DNA from: Thiomargarita sp.
GTDB lineage: Bacteria; Pseudomonadota; Gammaproteobacteria; Beggiatoales; Beggiatoaceae
Assembly (NCBI GenBank): GCA_020721005.1
Contig: DYNP01000006.1
Location: forward strand, 162,200-226,199
Direction of reading: 5' to 3'
Length of the DNA: 64,000 nt
This document shows positions 17,536-28,145 of the stretch, piece by piece (positions within the stretch are counted from its first letter, which is position 1; every line of letters starts with the position of its first letter). Under the pieces are notes generated by a model. That model was not told where the DNA came from and searched no databases. It worked only from the letters and a program-made list of their open reading frames with translations. The position numbers and the translations under genes were made by a program.

Positions 17536-19161
17536 TTAACTGTGAGGCCCGGCAGCAATGACTTCGGGACTGGCTTTGTCAGCAAATTTCTTGAAATTTT
17601 CCGCAAACATACCTGCCAATTTAGCAGCTTGCGCATCATAGTCTGCTGGATTGGCCCAAGTGTTACGGGTATTGAGAATTTCGGTAGGCACTCCGGGACA
17701 TTCCTTGGGTACTTCTAAACCAAAGAAAGGCTCCTTTTCAAAAGCAGCATTCTCTAAAATTCCATCCAACACTGCATTAACCATTGCCCGCGTGTATTTG
17801 ATCTTCATGCGTTCCCCAACTCCATAGGGACCTCCAGTCCAACCTGTGTTGATCAACCAGGCTTGCGCCTGATGAGTGTGCAATTTTTGCCCCAGCAATT
17901 CAGCGTACCGTTGAGGATGTAAGGGCATGAAAGGGGCACCGTAGCAAGTACTGAAATTGGGAGACGGTTCTGTAACACCCCGTTCAGTTCCAGCCACTTT
18001 AGCCGTATAACCGGACAAGAAATGATACATGGCTTGAGCATGAGTCAATTTGGCAACTGGAGGCAACACTCCAAAAGCATCGGCAGACAGGAAAATCACA
18101 TATTTGGGATGTCCACCTTTACCATCTCGAGTGGCATTGGCAACGTGACTGATCGGATAAGAGCCCCGGGTATTTTCAGTATAAGTTTTATTAAACAGGT
18201 CAACGCGACGCGTAACAGCATCAATAGCCACATTCTCCAAAATAGTCCCAAAACGTCTTGTGGTCTCATAAATTTCAGGCTCAGCCTCTGGAGACAAATT
18301 GATGAGTTTGGCATAACAGCCGCCTTCAAAATTAAAGATCCCCTGATCATCCCAACCGTGCTCATCATCCCCAATTAATACCTTGGAGGCATCTGCAGAA
18401 AGGGTAGTTTTACCAGTCCCACTGAGTCCAAAGAATAGAGCGGTTTCTCCCTTAGGATTGATATTGGCCGAACAGTGCATGGGTAACACTCCCTTGTGAG
18501 GAAGCAAATAATTCATCACACTGAAAATGGATTTTTTGATTTCCCCCGCATAACTGGTCCCACCAATTAGAACCAGTCTCTTTGCGAAATTGAGAATGAT
18601 AAAAGTTTCAGAATTGGTCCCATCCAAAGCTGGACTGGCATGAAAACGAGGGGCATCAATCACAGTAAATTCGGGAACATGATTAGCCAATTCCTTAGGG
18701 GTCGCCTGAATAAACATGTTGCGCGCAAATAAGTTATGCCAAGCGTATTGAGTAATGACCCGAATGGGTAGTCGGTGATCTGAGGTGGCTCCGGCAAAAC
18801 AGTCTTGCACATACACGTCTTGAGTTTGCAAATGCAAATCCATGCGTTTATGAAGTTCATCAAACTGCTCCGGAGAAATCGGGCGATTGATTTTACCCCA
18901 CCAAATATGTTCTTCAGAACCGGGCTCTTTGACAATGAACTTGTCATTCGCAGATCGACCTGTGTGATGACCAGTTCGCACCACAATCGGCCCCAAATGC
19001 GCAAGTATACCCTCTCCTCGTTTCACAATTTGTTCATACAGCTTGGGAGTATTCAAATTCCAATAAATATCATTTAAATTCGACAGACCATGATTTTCAA
19101 GTCCATAATGGCTATGATTTTTGGGATGAGTATCACGCATAAAATAACTGTCTCCTGTCAA
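17536..19161 (-). CDS. pckA: Phosphoenolpyruvate carboxykinase (ATP)
   Basis: The kinase P-loop is FFGLSGTGKTTLS. Other conserved blocks are GDDEHGW and YTENTRGSYPI. Length is 541 aa. Confidence 0.9.
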   Translation of the reverse strand: MTGDSYFMRDTHPKNHSHYGLENHGLSNLNDIYWNLNTPKLYEQIVKRGEGILAHLGPIVVRTGHHTGRSANDKFIVKEPGSEEHIWWGKINRPISPEQFDELHKRMDLHLQTQDVYVQDCFAGATSDHRLPIRVITQYAWHNLFARNMFIQATPKELANHVPEFTVIDAPRFHASPALDGTNSETFIILNFAKRLVLIGGTSYAGEIKKSIFSVMNYLLPHKGVLPMHCSANINPKGETALFFGLSGTGKTTLSADASKVLIGDDEHGWDDQGIFNFEGGCYAKLINLSPEAEPEIYETTRRFGTILENVAIDAVTRRVDLFNKTYTENTRGSYPISHVANATRDGKGGHPKYVIFLSADAFGVLPPVAKLTHAQAMYHFLSGYTAKVAGTERGVTEPSPNFSTCYGAPFMPLHPQRYAELLGQKLHTHQAQAWLINTGWTGGPYGVGERMKIKYTRAMVNAVLDGILENAAFEKEPFFGLEVPKECPGVPTEILNTRNTWANPADYDAQAAKLAGMFAENFKKFADKASPEVIAAGPHS

Positions 19162-19418
19162 TAAGGTAGTGATGTAAAAAGCGATGTAGAAGTTGAACTA
19201 AATAGAGTCGTTAAATGCAACTTTTTTAGTTATTATTACATAAATAAATTTAATCAATAATAAAATAGTTTAATTTATTCCATAAATTCCTCTCATCTAC
19301 CCTATGGAAACCACCTTCCTTCCTACATTGATCCAAAACTAATCCTTAAATTTACCTGCTTGCACTTTCACCATTCTCTAAAAAATACCAGAATATTAAA
19401 TCATACTAGGAAAATGCC

Positions 19419-20213
19419 ATGCACCCCATGTTAAACACTGCGATTAAAGCAGCCCGCCGAGCTGGTACTCTGCTGAACAGAGCCCTTGAACAACGGGGTA
19501 ACTTAAAAATTGAAACTAAAGGTCATCATGATTTCGTCAGTGAAGTTGATCGACAAGCGGAAGCTGCCATTATTGACGTGCTCCATAAAGCCTATCCTGA
19601 ACATGCCATTTTAGCTGAAGAAAGCGGTTTTCACCAAGGCAGTGACTATGAATGGGTGATTGACCCTCTGGACGGAACTGCTAACTTCTTACACGGACAC
19701 CCTTATTTTTCCATCTCCATCGCCCTTCGCTACCAACAACGCCTGGAACAAGCCGTAATTTATGACCCTTTGCGAGATGAACTCTACACTGCAACCCGGG
19801 GCAGTGGCGCCTTCCTCAATGATCGACGCATTCGAGTCAGTACTAACTTTTTTGAAGGATCATTATTAGGAACAGGATTTCCCTTCCGTATCCCTCGTCA
19901 CCTTGACTGCTACTTAGAAACTTTCAAAGCCCTATTCACCCACGCTGCAGATGTACGACGCTCAGGCTCAGCTGCCCTCGAATTAGCCTACGTTGCCTCT
20001 GGCAGATTAGACGGCTTCTGGGAAATCGGGCTCAGAGAATGGGACATGGCAGCCGGTGCCCTACTCGTACTAGAAGCCGGTGGACTGGTCAGCGACTTTT
20101 CTGGCAGCAATGAATTTTTCAAAACCGGCAACATCATAGCTGCCAATGCTAAAATTCACAAAAACATTCTCCAAACCATTCAACCTCACCTGACTGAATC
20201 CTTGTCCCACTAA
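19419..20213 (+). CDS. suhB: Inositol-1-monophosphatase
   Basis: Motifs are WVIDPLDGT, EW DMAAG (WDxAAG) and LAEESG. Confidence 0.85.
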   Translation: MHPMLNTAIKAARRAGTLLNRALEQRGNLKIETKGHHDFVSEVDRQAEAAIIDVLHKAYPEHAILAEESGFHQGSDYEWVIDPLDGTANFLHGHPYFSISIALRYQQRLEQAVIYDPLRDELYTATRGSGAFLNDRRIRVSTNFFEGSLLGTGFPFRIPRHLDCYLETFKALFTHAADVRRSGSAALELAYVASGRLDGFWEIGLREWDMAAGALLVLEAGGLVSDFSGSNEFFKTGNIIAANAKIHKNILQTIQPHLTESLSH

Positions 20214-20309
20214 CAATTCCTTCTATTCAGGGATAACATTAAATAAAATAATATTATCCCTTGACTTTTACCCCCCTCCAACACAATCCATACCATTCCA
20301 ACAAACCCC

Positions 20310-21434
20310 ATGCCCCACTCCCCAAAACCCACCGTATTAATGATCAGCACCTCTTACCCCCAACATGCACAAGACTGGCGCGGCACTTTCATCCGCGAAC
20401 TGGTCTATGCCCTCGCCGACCAAACCCACCTCAAACTCTGCTCCCCCCCTGGAGAAATTCCCAACTCAGTCGACTACACCTGCTCACCTGCCCAAGCCGC
20501 CTGGCTTCACCAACTCCTAGAACAGGGCGGCATCGCCCACATCTTACGCCAAAAAAAACCTCGCCAAGCCCTCATTCCCTGGCAACTGCTGCGACTTTTA
20601 CGCACCACCTGTCGCAACCACGCTGATAACATTGACCTATTCCACATCAACTGGCTACAAAATGCCCTACCAATATGGGGAACTTCCCAACCTGCCCTGA
20701 TCAGCGTCCTAGGTCAAGACCTCAACCTCCTCAAACTGCCCGGACTCTCCTCCCTATTACGAACACTCTGCAAACAACGCCCCTGCCTCATCGCCCCCAA
20801 TGCCGACTGGATGGTACCCATTCTCCAACCCCATTTCTCCACAGCTGCCACCATTCGCACCATTCCCTTTGGCATTGCCGACTCTTGGTACCATCTCTCC
20901 AACCGCCCCACCTTCCCCAGAATCTGGCTGGTTGTCTCCAGAATCACCCGCGCCAAAATCGGTCCCCTATTTGAATGGGGAGAAACTGCATTTCGAAGAT
21001 CCGACCAACTGCACCTATTTGGACCCCTACAAGAAAACCTACCCATTCCCAATTGGGTTTACTACCACGGTCCCACCAATCCTCAAGCCCTGCAAACCCA
21101 CTGGTTCCCACAAGCTACCGGTCTCATCACCCTCAGCCAACACCACGAAGGCCGCCCCCAAATTCTACTCGAAGCCATGGCTGCGGGACTTCCCATCATT
21201 GCCTCTGATCTACCTGCTCACCGAGACCTCATCCAACACCAACACACCGGCTACCTCGTTCGTTCCTGTAACGACCTACACAACGCCCTACAATGGCTCA
21301 ATCACCCCACCCATCGCACGCACCTCAGCCAAGCCACTCAACACTGGACAAAAACCACCCTAGGCACCTGGCAAGACTGTGCCCAACGTTACCAAACAGC
21401 CTACAGAGAACTACTCATGACCTCTCGAAATTAA
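20310..21434 (+). CDS. Glycosyltransferase family 4 (GT-B fold). Composition is unusual (H/P/T/L/Q-rich), with a C-rich coding strand.
   Basis: C-terminal GT4 motifs are EGRPQILLEAMAAGLPIIASDLPAHRDLIQHQHTGYLV. Several overlapping alternate-frame ORFs (20261.., 20675.., 20800.., 20975..) arise from the low stop-codon density. Confidence 0.65.
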   Translation: MPHSPKPTVLMISTSYPQHAQDWRGTFIRELVYALADQTHLKLCSPPGEIPNSVDYTCSPAQAAWLHQLLEQGGIAHILRQKKPRQALIPWQLLRLLRTTCRNHADNIDLFHINWLQNALPIWGTSQPALISVLGQDLNLLKLPGLSSLLRTLCKQRPCLIAPNADWMVPILQPHFSTAATIRTIPFGIADSWYHLSNRPTFPRIWLVVSRITRAKIGPLFEWGETAFRRSDQLHLFGPLQENLPIPNWVYYHGPTNPQALQTHWFPQATGLITLSQHHEGRPQILLEAMAAGLPIIASDLPAHRDLIQHQHTGYLVRSCNDLHNALQWLNHPTHRTHLSQATQHWTKTTLGTWQDCAQRYQTAYRELLMTSRN

Positions 21435-21464
21435 CCCGTTCCCCCCAACCTTGGCTAAAATAAT

Positions 21465-24400
21465 ATGCTCCTCAATCCCTTCCAAAAAATCACCCGTTTT
21501 CCCCATGATCTACCCACTCCTTTTCAATCTAACTACACCATTCTGATCGTTGACGACGAAGAACTAACTAGGGAATTGCTCTACACCCAACTGACCCTAC
21601 AAAATTACACCGTTCAACAAGCTCCTAATGGCCTAATTTCCCTAGAACTATTAGCCAATGGTCTCAAACCCGACCTCATCTTACTGGACATCATGATGCC
21701 CGGGCTAGATGGCTACCAAGTCACCCGCCAAATTCGACAAATTTGGCAAGCAGATGAACTGCCCATTCTCCTACTCACTGCCAAAGACCAAATCAGCGAC
21801 CTGGTCGCTGGATTAGAAGCCGGCGCCAACGATTACCTCATCAAACCCATCTCTCGTGAAGAACTCATTGCCCGAGTCAAAACTCATCTACACCTCTATC
21901 AACTTGAAAAAAGACTGCGTGAAAACCACCAACAAGTCACCCACTTTGCCCATTCCCTCGAAGTCAACTTTCACACCCTAGCCGCCAACATTCCAGGACT
22001 CATCTACCAATGGTACACACGGTCCAATGGAGAAAATGGCTTTTACTATGTCAGTCCCCGTTGCAAAGAACTGTTCAATATGGAAGTTGAAGAATGGAAA
22101 ATACACTGGCAACAACTGATTCACCCTCAAGACCGAGACTATTTTCTAAAAAGCTCCCAAGAAGCCATTCAACATCAAAGAGAATGGAATGTTGAAAGTC
22201 GCCTACTTTTAGACAATAAGCAAGTTAAGTGGTGGAAAATAGCTGCAAAACCCATTTCCTGCACCCCACAAGAAATCATTTACAATGGCATCATCACCGA
22301 CATCACTCTACAAAAGGAAATGGAAATCGCCCTGCGAAAAAGTGAAAAACTGCTCGCCGATGCCCAACGCATGGCCTTAGTAGGCAGCTGGGTATGGGAC
22401 ATCAAAACCGGCACCGTGCTCCGCTCCGAACAAGACTGTTTAAACTATGCCATAGAGCCTACTAACTATATTCCCACTTATGAAGCCTTTGTGGAACGAG
22501 TCCACCCGGATGACAAACAACTCATTGATTCCATGCTAGAAACCTGTGTAGTAGAAGGTAAAAGTGCCGAAGCAGAATTTCGAGTTATCTGGCCCAATAG
22601 AGAATTACATACATTGCGTTCCCAAGCGGAATTAGAATATGACGAATCCCAAACCCCAATTCGTCTTAAAGGCTTTAGCCAAGACATCACTGAACGCAAA
22701 CAAATTGAAGTTGCACTTCGTAAACGTACAGATGAACTGGCCCTTATCAACTGGATTGGTCATGTCTTCAGCTCCACCCTAAAATTAGAACAAGTGTTAG
22801 AAACCATCTTGGACGAAATTCTCCGTTTACTTGACATAGTCGTTACCTCCTTCTGGCTGCGTATTGCTGACACTGGAGAACTCATTTGCCAACACGCTCA
22901 GGGCCCCTTCAGTGACAAAATTGTTGGTTGGAAATTACAACTGGGACAAGGCATTACCAGCGTCGCTGCTGAAACTGGCAAAACCCAACTGGTGGCTGAC
23001 ACCTTAAAAGATCAACGCCATTTTTCAAAAATTGATCAAAGCACGGGACTGACCTTGCGTTCTCTCATGAGCATTCCCCTGATGACCAAAGGACGAGTCA
23101 TTGGAGTGCTCAATTTGGCCGACACCCAACCCGATCGTTTCACCATAGACGACTTAAAACTGGTGGAACCCATTGCAGCCGCCGCAGCCAATGCCATTGA
23201 GAATGCCCGTTTATACACCACAGTTCAACAAGAATTGGAGGAACGAACTCGGGCGGAAGAAGCCTTAATAAAACGCGAAATTTACCTCACCACTTTGGTC
23301 GAAATTCAACAACATTTGTTATCTGAAGGCAGAAAAGCCAAAACTGAAAAAACTGGCCTCTCCTATCAAGAAATCTTAGAGCAATTGGGGCGTGCTTCTC
23401 AAGCCAGTCATGTGTACATTTTGGAAAATTACCCTTCCAGTGAAAATTCCTTTAACCAACAATTGCAATGGTGTGCCCCTGGAATTATCAAATTGACTCG
23501 CTTGGGAAATATCTCATTATTCAGTGACTTATTTCCACAATGGATTGAACAATTAAAACAAGGACAAATTATCAACGGCACCGTAACCGAGTTCCCCGAA
23601 TCTATTCAAGCCATTCTCCATGCAGAAGGCATCTGCTCGATCCTAATTTTACCCTTAATTTTGGAAGATCAGTTGAGAGGACTGATCGGTTTTGACAATT
23701 GCTTGCAAGCAGTCAGTTGGTCAACTTTAGAAGTTTCCTTGTTAAAAGCGGCCGCGGCTGCTATTTCCCTGGCCAAAGAGCAACAATTGACCAAAATTAA
23801 GTTACAGCAGGCTTTGAAAGAAGCCGAAATTGCCAATCAGGCTAAAAGCAGTTTTTTGGCCAATATGAGCCATGAGCTTCGTACTCCATTGAATGGAATA
23901 TTGGGCTATACTCAATTACTGAATAGAGATAAAAACTTAACGCAAAAACAACAAGATGGATTGCAGATCATCCATCGTTGTGGGGAACATTTATTAACCC
24001 TTATCAATGACATTTTGGACCTGTCTAAAATTGAAGCGGGCAAGTTTGAATTGGTGGCCAGCCCTTTTCGGTTTCGGGAATTCTTAAAAGATATTGCCGA
24101 TCTTTTCAAAATGCGAGCTGAGCAAAAAGGCCTTAACTTTTTATATTCTACCAAGGAAATTTGTTTGCCGGTCTCTTTACATGCAGATGAAAAGCGATTA
24201 CGACAGGTGCTCTTGAATTTATTGAGTAATGCGGTTAAATTTACCCAACAGGGTGAAGTGAGTTTATTGGTCAAATATTCTCATGCTGAAAATAAATTAT
24301 ATTTTACAGTCGAAGATTCTGGAGTTGGCATTGCACCTGCTCAACAAAAATTAATTTTCTCACCTTTTCAACAGGTTGGAGATCAGAGTCAACAGGTTGA

Positions 24401-25238
24401 GGGCACAGGTTTGGGATTGGCCATCAGTCAGCGTTTGGTAGAAATGATGGGGGGAAAATTGCAATTACACAGTCAGTTGGGGGTGGGCAGTCGTTTTTGG
24501 TTTGAAATCATTGTACCTACAGTTCAAAATTTGATCGAGGAGCCGTTACCTATCCGCCACGACTTACCTTTGGTCATTGGTTACCAGAGAAAATCCGATT
24601 CTCATTCCAAATCGCTTTTCAGCATTTTGGTGGTGGAAGACAGTTGGGAAAGTCGCATGATATTGACCAATTTGTTGAGAGAATTGGGATTTAAGGTGTT
24701 TGAAGCTCATAATGGACAGGAAGGTTTGGAAATTGCTTTGCGCACCGTGCCTGATATGATTATTACGGATCTAAAAATGCCAGTTATTGATGGCTATGAA
24801 ATGACTCGTCGATTACGTAAGACTGAGACTTTAAAAGATACTATCGTGATTGCGTCATCTGCCAGTGTTTTCGATCATCATAAACATCGAAGTTTAGAGG
24901 TGGGTTGTAACGCTTTTATTGAGAAACCGATTGAAACTCAAAAGTTATTGAATTTAATTCAGGAATGTTTGCCTTTGGAGTGGGTGTATGAGGATCAACA
25001 GGAAAGTCCAGTGACTCCTCCTTCTGAACAGGTGATGATAGGACCCTCGCCTGAGCAAGCTGAGCTGTTGTTTAAAGTGTTAAAAAGTGGTAAAGTGCAA
25101 GCTATTTTGGAAAATATTGCCAAATTGGAGCAACAAAATCCGCAGTTGACTTTGTTTACACAGGAAGTTCGACAGTTGTTAAAGCAGTTTAAAATGTCGC
25201 AGTTAAAAAATTTCATTAAACCTTATTTGGAGCCATAA
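21465..25238 (+). CDS. Hybrid sensor histidine kinase: REC-PAS-PAS-GAF-GAF-HisKA-HATPase-REC plus a C-terminal tail
   Basis: The N-terminal REC is ILIVDDEE...LILLDIMMPGLDGY. The H-box is ANMSHELRTPLNGILGY. HATPase motifs are GTGLGLAISQRLVEMMGG. The second REC is ILVVEDSWESR...ITDLKMPVIDGYE. Confidence 0.85.
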   Translation: MLLNPFQKITRFPHDLPTPFQSNYTILIVDDEELTRELLYTQLTLQNYTVQQAPNGLISLELLANGLKPDLILLDIMMPGLDGYQVTRQIRQIWQADELPILLLTAKDQISDLVAGLEAGANDYLIKPISREELIARVKTHLHLYQLEKRLRENHQQVTHFAHSLEVNFHTLAANIPGLIYQWYTRSNGENGFYYVSPRCKELFNMEVEEWKIHWQQLIHPQDRDYFLKSSQEAIQHQREWNVESRLLLDNKQVKWWKIAAKPISCTPQEIIYNGIITDITLQKEMEIALRKSEKLLADAQRMALVGSWVWDIKTGTVLRSEQDCLNYAIEPTNYIPTYEAFVERVHPDDKQLIDSMLETCVVEGKSAEAEFRVIWPNRELHTLRSQAELEYDESQTPIRLKGFSQDITERKQIEVALRKRTDELALINWIGHVFSSTLKLEQVLETILDEILRLLDIVVTSFWLRIADTGELICQHAQGPFSDKIVGWKLQLGQGITSVAAETGKTQLVADTLKDQRHFSKIDQSTGLTLRSLMSIPLMTKGRVIGVLNLADTQPDRFTIDDLKLVEPIAAAAANAIENARLYTTVQQELEERTRAEEALIKREIYLTTLVEIQQHLLSEGRKAKTEKTGLSYQEILEQLGRASQASHVYILENYPSSENSFNQQLQWCAPGIIKLTRLGNISLFSDLFPQWIEQLKQGQIINGTVTEFPESIQAILHAEGICSILILPLILEDQLRGLIGFDNCLQAVSWSTLEVSLLKAAAAAISLAKEQQLTKIKLQQALKEAEIANQAKSSFLANMSHELRTPLNGILGYTQLLNRDKNLTQKQQDGLQIIHRCGEHLLTLINDILDLSKIEAGKFELVASPFRFREFLKDIADLFKMRAEQKGLNFLYSTKEICLPVSLHADEKRLRQVLLNLLSNAVKFTQQGEVSLLVKYSHAENKLYFTVEDSGVGIAPAQQKLIFSPFQQVGDQSQQVEGTGLGLAISQRLVEMMGGKLQLHSQLGVGSRFWFEIIVPTVQNLIEEPLPIRHDLPLVIGYQRKSDSHSKSLFSILVVEDSWESRMILTNLLRELGFKVFEAHNGQEGLEIALRTVPDMIITDLKMPVIDGYEMTRRLRKTETLKDTIVIASSASVFDHHKHRSLEVGCNAFIEKPIETQKLLNLIQECLPLEWVYEDQQESPVTPPSEQVMIGPSPEQAELLFKVLKSGKVQAILENIAKLEQQNPQLTLFTQEVRQLLKQFKMSQLKNFIKPYLEP

Positions 25239-25242
25239 CCCC

Positions 25243-26352
25243 ATGATTATGTTACAACATTCTTCTATCTTAATTGTTGATGATGTGGCAGAGAATATCA
25301 GTTTGTTATTTGAGTTTTTGATGAGTCATAATTTTGAAGTGTCGGTGGCTGAAAATGGGGAATCGGCTTTAGAAGTGATTGAGGAATATCCTCCTAATTT
25401 GATTTTGTTGGATGTGATGATGCCTGGAATTGATGGATTTGAGACTTGTAGACGCATCAAGGCCAATCCCAAAACTCAAGATATTCCAATCATTTTTATG
25501 ACGGCTTTGTCAGATACAGTGGATAAGGTGAAAGGGTTGGAGTTGGGCGCGGTGGATTATGTGACTAAGCCGTTTCAACAGGAGGAAGTTTTAGCGCGAA
25601 TCAATGTTCATTTGACTGTTTATCATTTGCAGACGGCGCTGGAAGCCCGTAATCAAGAATTGGAGGCTAAAAATACTGAGTTGGATGCTTTTGCGCATAC
25701 AGTGGCTCATGATTTGAAAAATCCTTTGTCAGCCATGATTAATTTGGCTTATTTGTTGATCAATTCCAAGGAAGTTGTTAATTTTACAGATAAACAACGA
25801 GAATATTTAAATTACATGTTACTGGCTGGTCGACAGATGGATGGTATTATCAGTGCATTGTTATTGTTGGCAAAGGTTTCTAAGCAGGAAATTTATGTGT
25901 CTCCTTTGGATATGCGAGCAATTTTTGAGCAGGCTCAGCAACGCATTCAACCTCTGATTGAGGAATATCAGGCTCGTATTGTGTTCCCCAGGGAATGGCC
26001 GTTGTCTTATGGCTATGCTCCTTGGGTAGAAGAGGTGTGGGCGAATTATTTGAGTAATGCGTTAAAATATGGAGGGCGACCGCCTATTTTGGAGTTGGGA
26101 GGGATATTTCTTAAGAAAAGCAATAAGGTGCAGTTTTGGGTGCGAGATAATGGGGAAGGATTGCCGGTTGAGAAATTGTCTAAACTGTTCACTCCATTTA
26201 CTCGGTTGCATCGGTCTCAGTCCCAAGGTCATGGGTTGGGATTGTCCATTGTCCAGCGTATTATTGAGAAATTGGGAGGGGAAGTGGGAGTGGAAAGTCA
26301 AGTGGGTCAGGGCAGTACTTTTTACTTTTCATTGCCAGCAAGTGAGAATTAG
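25243..26352 (+). CDS. Response-regulator receiver fused to a histidine kinase (REC-HisKA-HATPase). It is a paralogue of the 4008..5090 product.
   Basis: The REC is ILIVDDVAEN...LILLDVMMPGIDGFETCRRIK. The H-box is VAHDLKNPLSAM. The G-box is GHGLGLSIVQRIIEKLGG. It starts 5 bp after the upstream stop. Confidence 0.8.
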   Translation: MIMLQHSSILIVDDVAENISLLFEFLMSHNFEVSVAENGESALEVIEEYPPNLILLDVMMPGIDGFETCRRIKANPKTQDIPIIFMTALSDTVDKVKGLELGAVDYVTKPFQQEEVLARINVHLTVYHLQTALEARNQELEAKNTELDAFAHTVAHDLKNPLSAMINLAYLLINSKEVVNFTDKQREYLNYMLLAGRQMDGIISALLLLAKVSKQEIYVSPLDMRAIFEQAQQRIQPLIEEYQARIVFPREWPLSYGYAPWVEEVWANYLSNALKYGGRPPILELGGIFLKKSNKVQFWVRDNGEGLPVEKLSKLFTPFTRLHRSQSQGHGLGLSIVQRIIEKLGGEVGVESQVGQGSTFYFSLPASEN

Positions 26353-26467
26353 TTTGGATTATTCTCGACAGGAAGTCTTTTTTTGGGTTTGGCAGGTTGG
26401 GTTAGGCGCGTTATTTGCGCCGTAACCCAACGGAAATTACAAAATTGTTAGGTTTTTAGTTAAAGGG

Positions 26468-27625
26468 TTATGACCAACTGTCGATTCGTTGTTCGATGGG
26501 AACAAATGCTCGACGCTCTTCGCCAATGTAGTCAGCGCTGGGTCGAATGAGTTTGTTATGAGCCCGTTGCTCTATGATGTGGGCAGACCAGCCGCTGACT
26601 CTGGCCATGACAAATAAGGGTGTGAAGAGGGCAGTGGGTATGCCCATAAAGTGGTAAGCACTGGCGCTGTAAAAGTCCAAGTTGGGAAATAGTTTCTTTT
26701 GTTCCCACATGACTTTTTCAACCACTTCGGAAATTTCATAGTAACGTTGAGCGTCTCCAGCAAAGTCAGAAAGTTGTTTGGCCCAGGCTTTGATCACGGA
26801 ATTGCGAGGGTCAGAGTGTTTGTACACAGCGTGACCAAATCCCATGATTTTTTGCTTGCTGCTCAACCAGTTAAGTACGGTTTTTTCGACTTCAGCGAGA
26901 TTTTTTAAATAGGCCAATTGTTCAATCATGGCCATGGCAGCTTCATTTGCCCCACCGTGTAGGGGACCTCTTAAGGTCCCAATGCCTGCTGTGATGGCTG
27001 AGTAAAAATCGGTTAGAGTGGCGGCAGATACCCGGCAGGCAAAGGTGGAAGCGTTAAATTCATGTTCCGCATAGAGAATAAGGGAGGCATTGAGACATTG
27101 TTGAAAGATGCTGTGTAATTTGTCACTGCCGGGCAGGTGCAACATGTGTAGAAAGTGTCCGGCAATGTCATCGGTGTCTGTGTTGGTGGAGATGCGGCTG
27201 CCATCGGTGGTGTAACGGTACCAGTAACATAGAATAGCTGGGAACAGTGACAGCAAGCGATTGGCAATGTCAATTTGTTGGGCAAATTCAAGTTCAGGTT
27301 CTAAAGTCCCAAGTACTGAGCATCCAGTACGCATTACATCCATAGGATGCGCCTGAGCAGGAATTTGTTCCAGTACAATTTTCAAAGCCTCCGGCAAAGC
27401 ACGCATTCTTTGGAGTTTACTTTGGTAAGCGGACAATTCAGTTTGAGTGGGCAAACGTCCGTATAATAATAAGTAAGCCACTTCCTCAAAAATGCAGTTT
27501 TTAGCCAATTCTTCAATATCATACCCTCGATAGGTGAGTCCTTTGCCTTCTTTGCCGACGGTACTGATGGCAGTTTCCCCTACGGCTATACCGCGTAAAC
27601 CGGTGGTTCCTTGAGTTTGCGACAT
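26468..27625 (-). CDS. Citrate synthase / 2-methylcitrate synthase, short type (385 aa)
   Basis: Catalytic-region motifs are [18 protein letters not shown] and DPR. The length is typical of PrpC/GltA type II enzymes. Confidence 0.85.
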   Translation of the reverse strand: MSQTQGTTGLRGIAVGETAISTVGKEGKGLTYRGYDIEELAKNCIFEEVAYLLLYGRLPTQTELSAYQSKLQRMRALPEALKIVLEQIPAQAHPMDVMRTGCSVLGTLEPELEFAQQIDIANRLLSLFPAILCYWYRYTTDGSRISTNTDTDDIAGHFLHMLHLPGSDKLHSIFQQCLNASLILYAEHEFNASTFACRVSAATLTDFYSAITAGIGTLRGPLHGGANEAAMAMIEQLAYLKNLAEVEKTVLNWLSSKQKIMGFGHAVYKHSDPRNSVIKAWAKQLSDFAGDAQRYYEISEVVEKVMWEQKKLFPNLDFYSASAYHFMGIPTALFTPLFVMARVSGWSAHIIEQRAHNKLIRPSADYIGEERRAFVPIEQRIDSWS

Positions 27626-27737
27626 GTATTGACTCCTAATAAAAACGATAATAACGGTTTTCCATTGACAATTTTCGGTTGAGCACTGACAATTATTCCT
27701 AATTTACAAGTTTAAATCAACTACCTTTTGAGGGTTT

Positions 27738-28145
27738 ATGAAACACACTACCTTTTTTTTCATCAGTCTTTTCCTGCTCAGTATTGCTTTTTTTCACTCG
27801 AATCTTTATCAGTGGTTTCCGACCACATTAACCCCAATTGAAAAATTCATCACTGATATTGGACCGGAGATTTTGTATATTGCTGGATCTTTGGCGCTGC
27901 TCATTGCTTTATTTGGTTGCTTACCCACTTGGCTCAGTTTAATCACATTTATTGTGATCACGGGGGGAATGGGTATTTATCTACAGGATAAAAAGATATC
28001 GATTTTGGGTGAGAATGGAAATTATTACCTGTTGCTGGAAAAGAAAGCCGCAGGTTCCAGCCTTGAGACTGAAAGCAATTCACCTCAATCTTCACCACCG
28101 ATCCCGATTGAATCCGCCCCAATTGGCCAGCCTGCTTCCCCATGA
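27738..28145 (+). CDS. Small membrane protein (about 3 transmembrane segments, Pro/Ser-rich C-terminus). It overlaps hypD by 4 bp.
   Basis: Hydrophobic segments are FFFISLFLLSIAFF, ILYIAGSLALLIALFGCL and LSLITFIVITGGMGIY. The ATGA start/stop overlap is at 28142-28145. Confidence 0.5.
   Translation: MKHTTFFFISLFLLSIAFFHSNLYQWFPTTLTPIEKFITDIGPEILYIAGSLALLIALFGCLPTWLSLITFIVITGGMGIYLQDKKISILGENGNYYLLLEKKAAGSSLETESNSPQSSPPIPIESAPIGQPASP

Noticed and set aside
20675-21363. Overlapping same-strand ORFs (99, 187 and 77 aa) and antisense 20714..21052 inside the GT4 gene
   Set aside because: They are explained by low stop-codon density in C-rich DNA. None has a Shine-Dalgarno sequence or a recognisable domain. 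The GT4 frame carries the conserved motifs.
26399-26428. Hairpin GGGTTAGGCGCG-ttattt-GCGCCGTAACCC between the convergent kinase and citrate synthase genes, considered as a bidirectional terminator
   Set aside because: It has a good stem, but neither strand has a U-run immediately 3' of it, so it was not called as a terminator.
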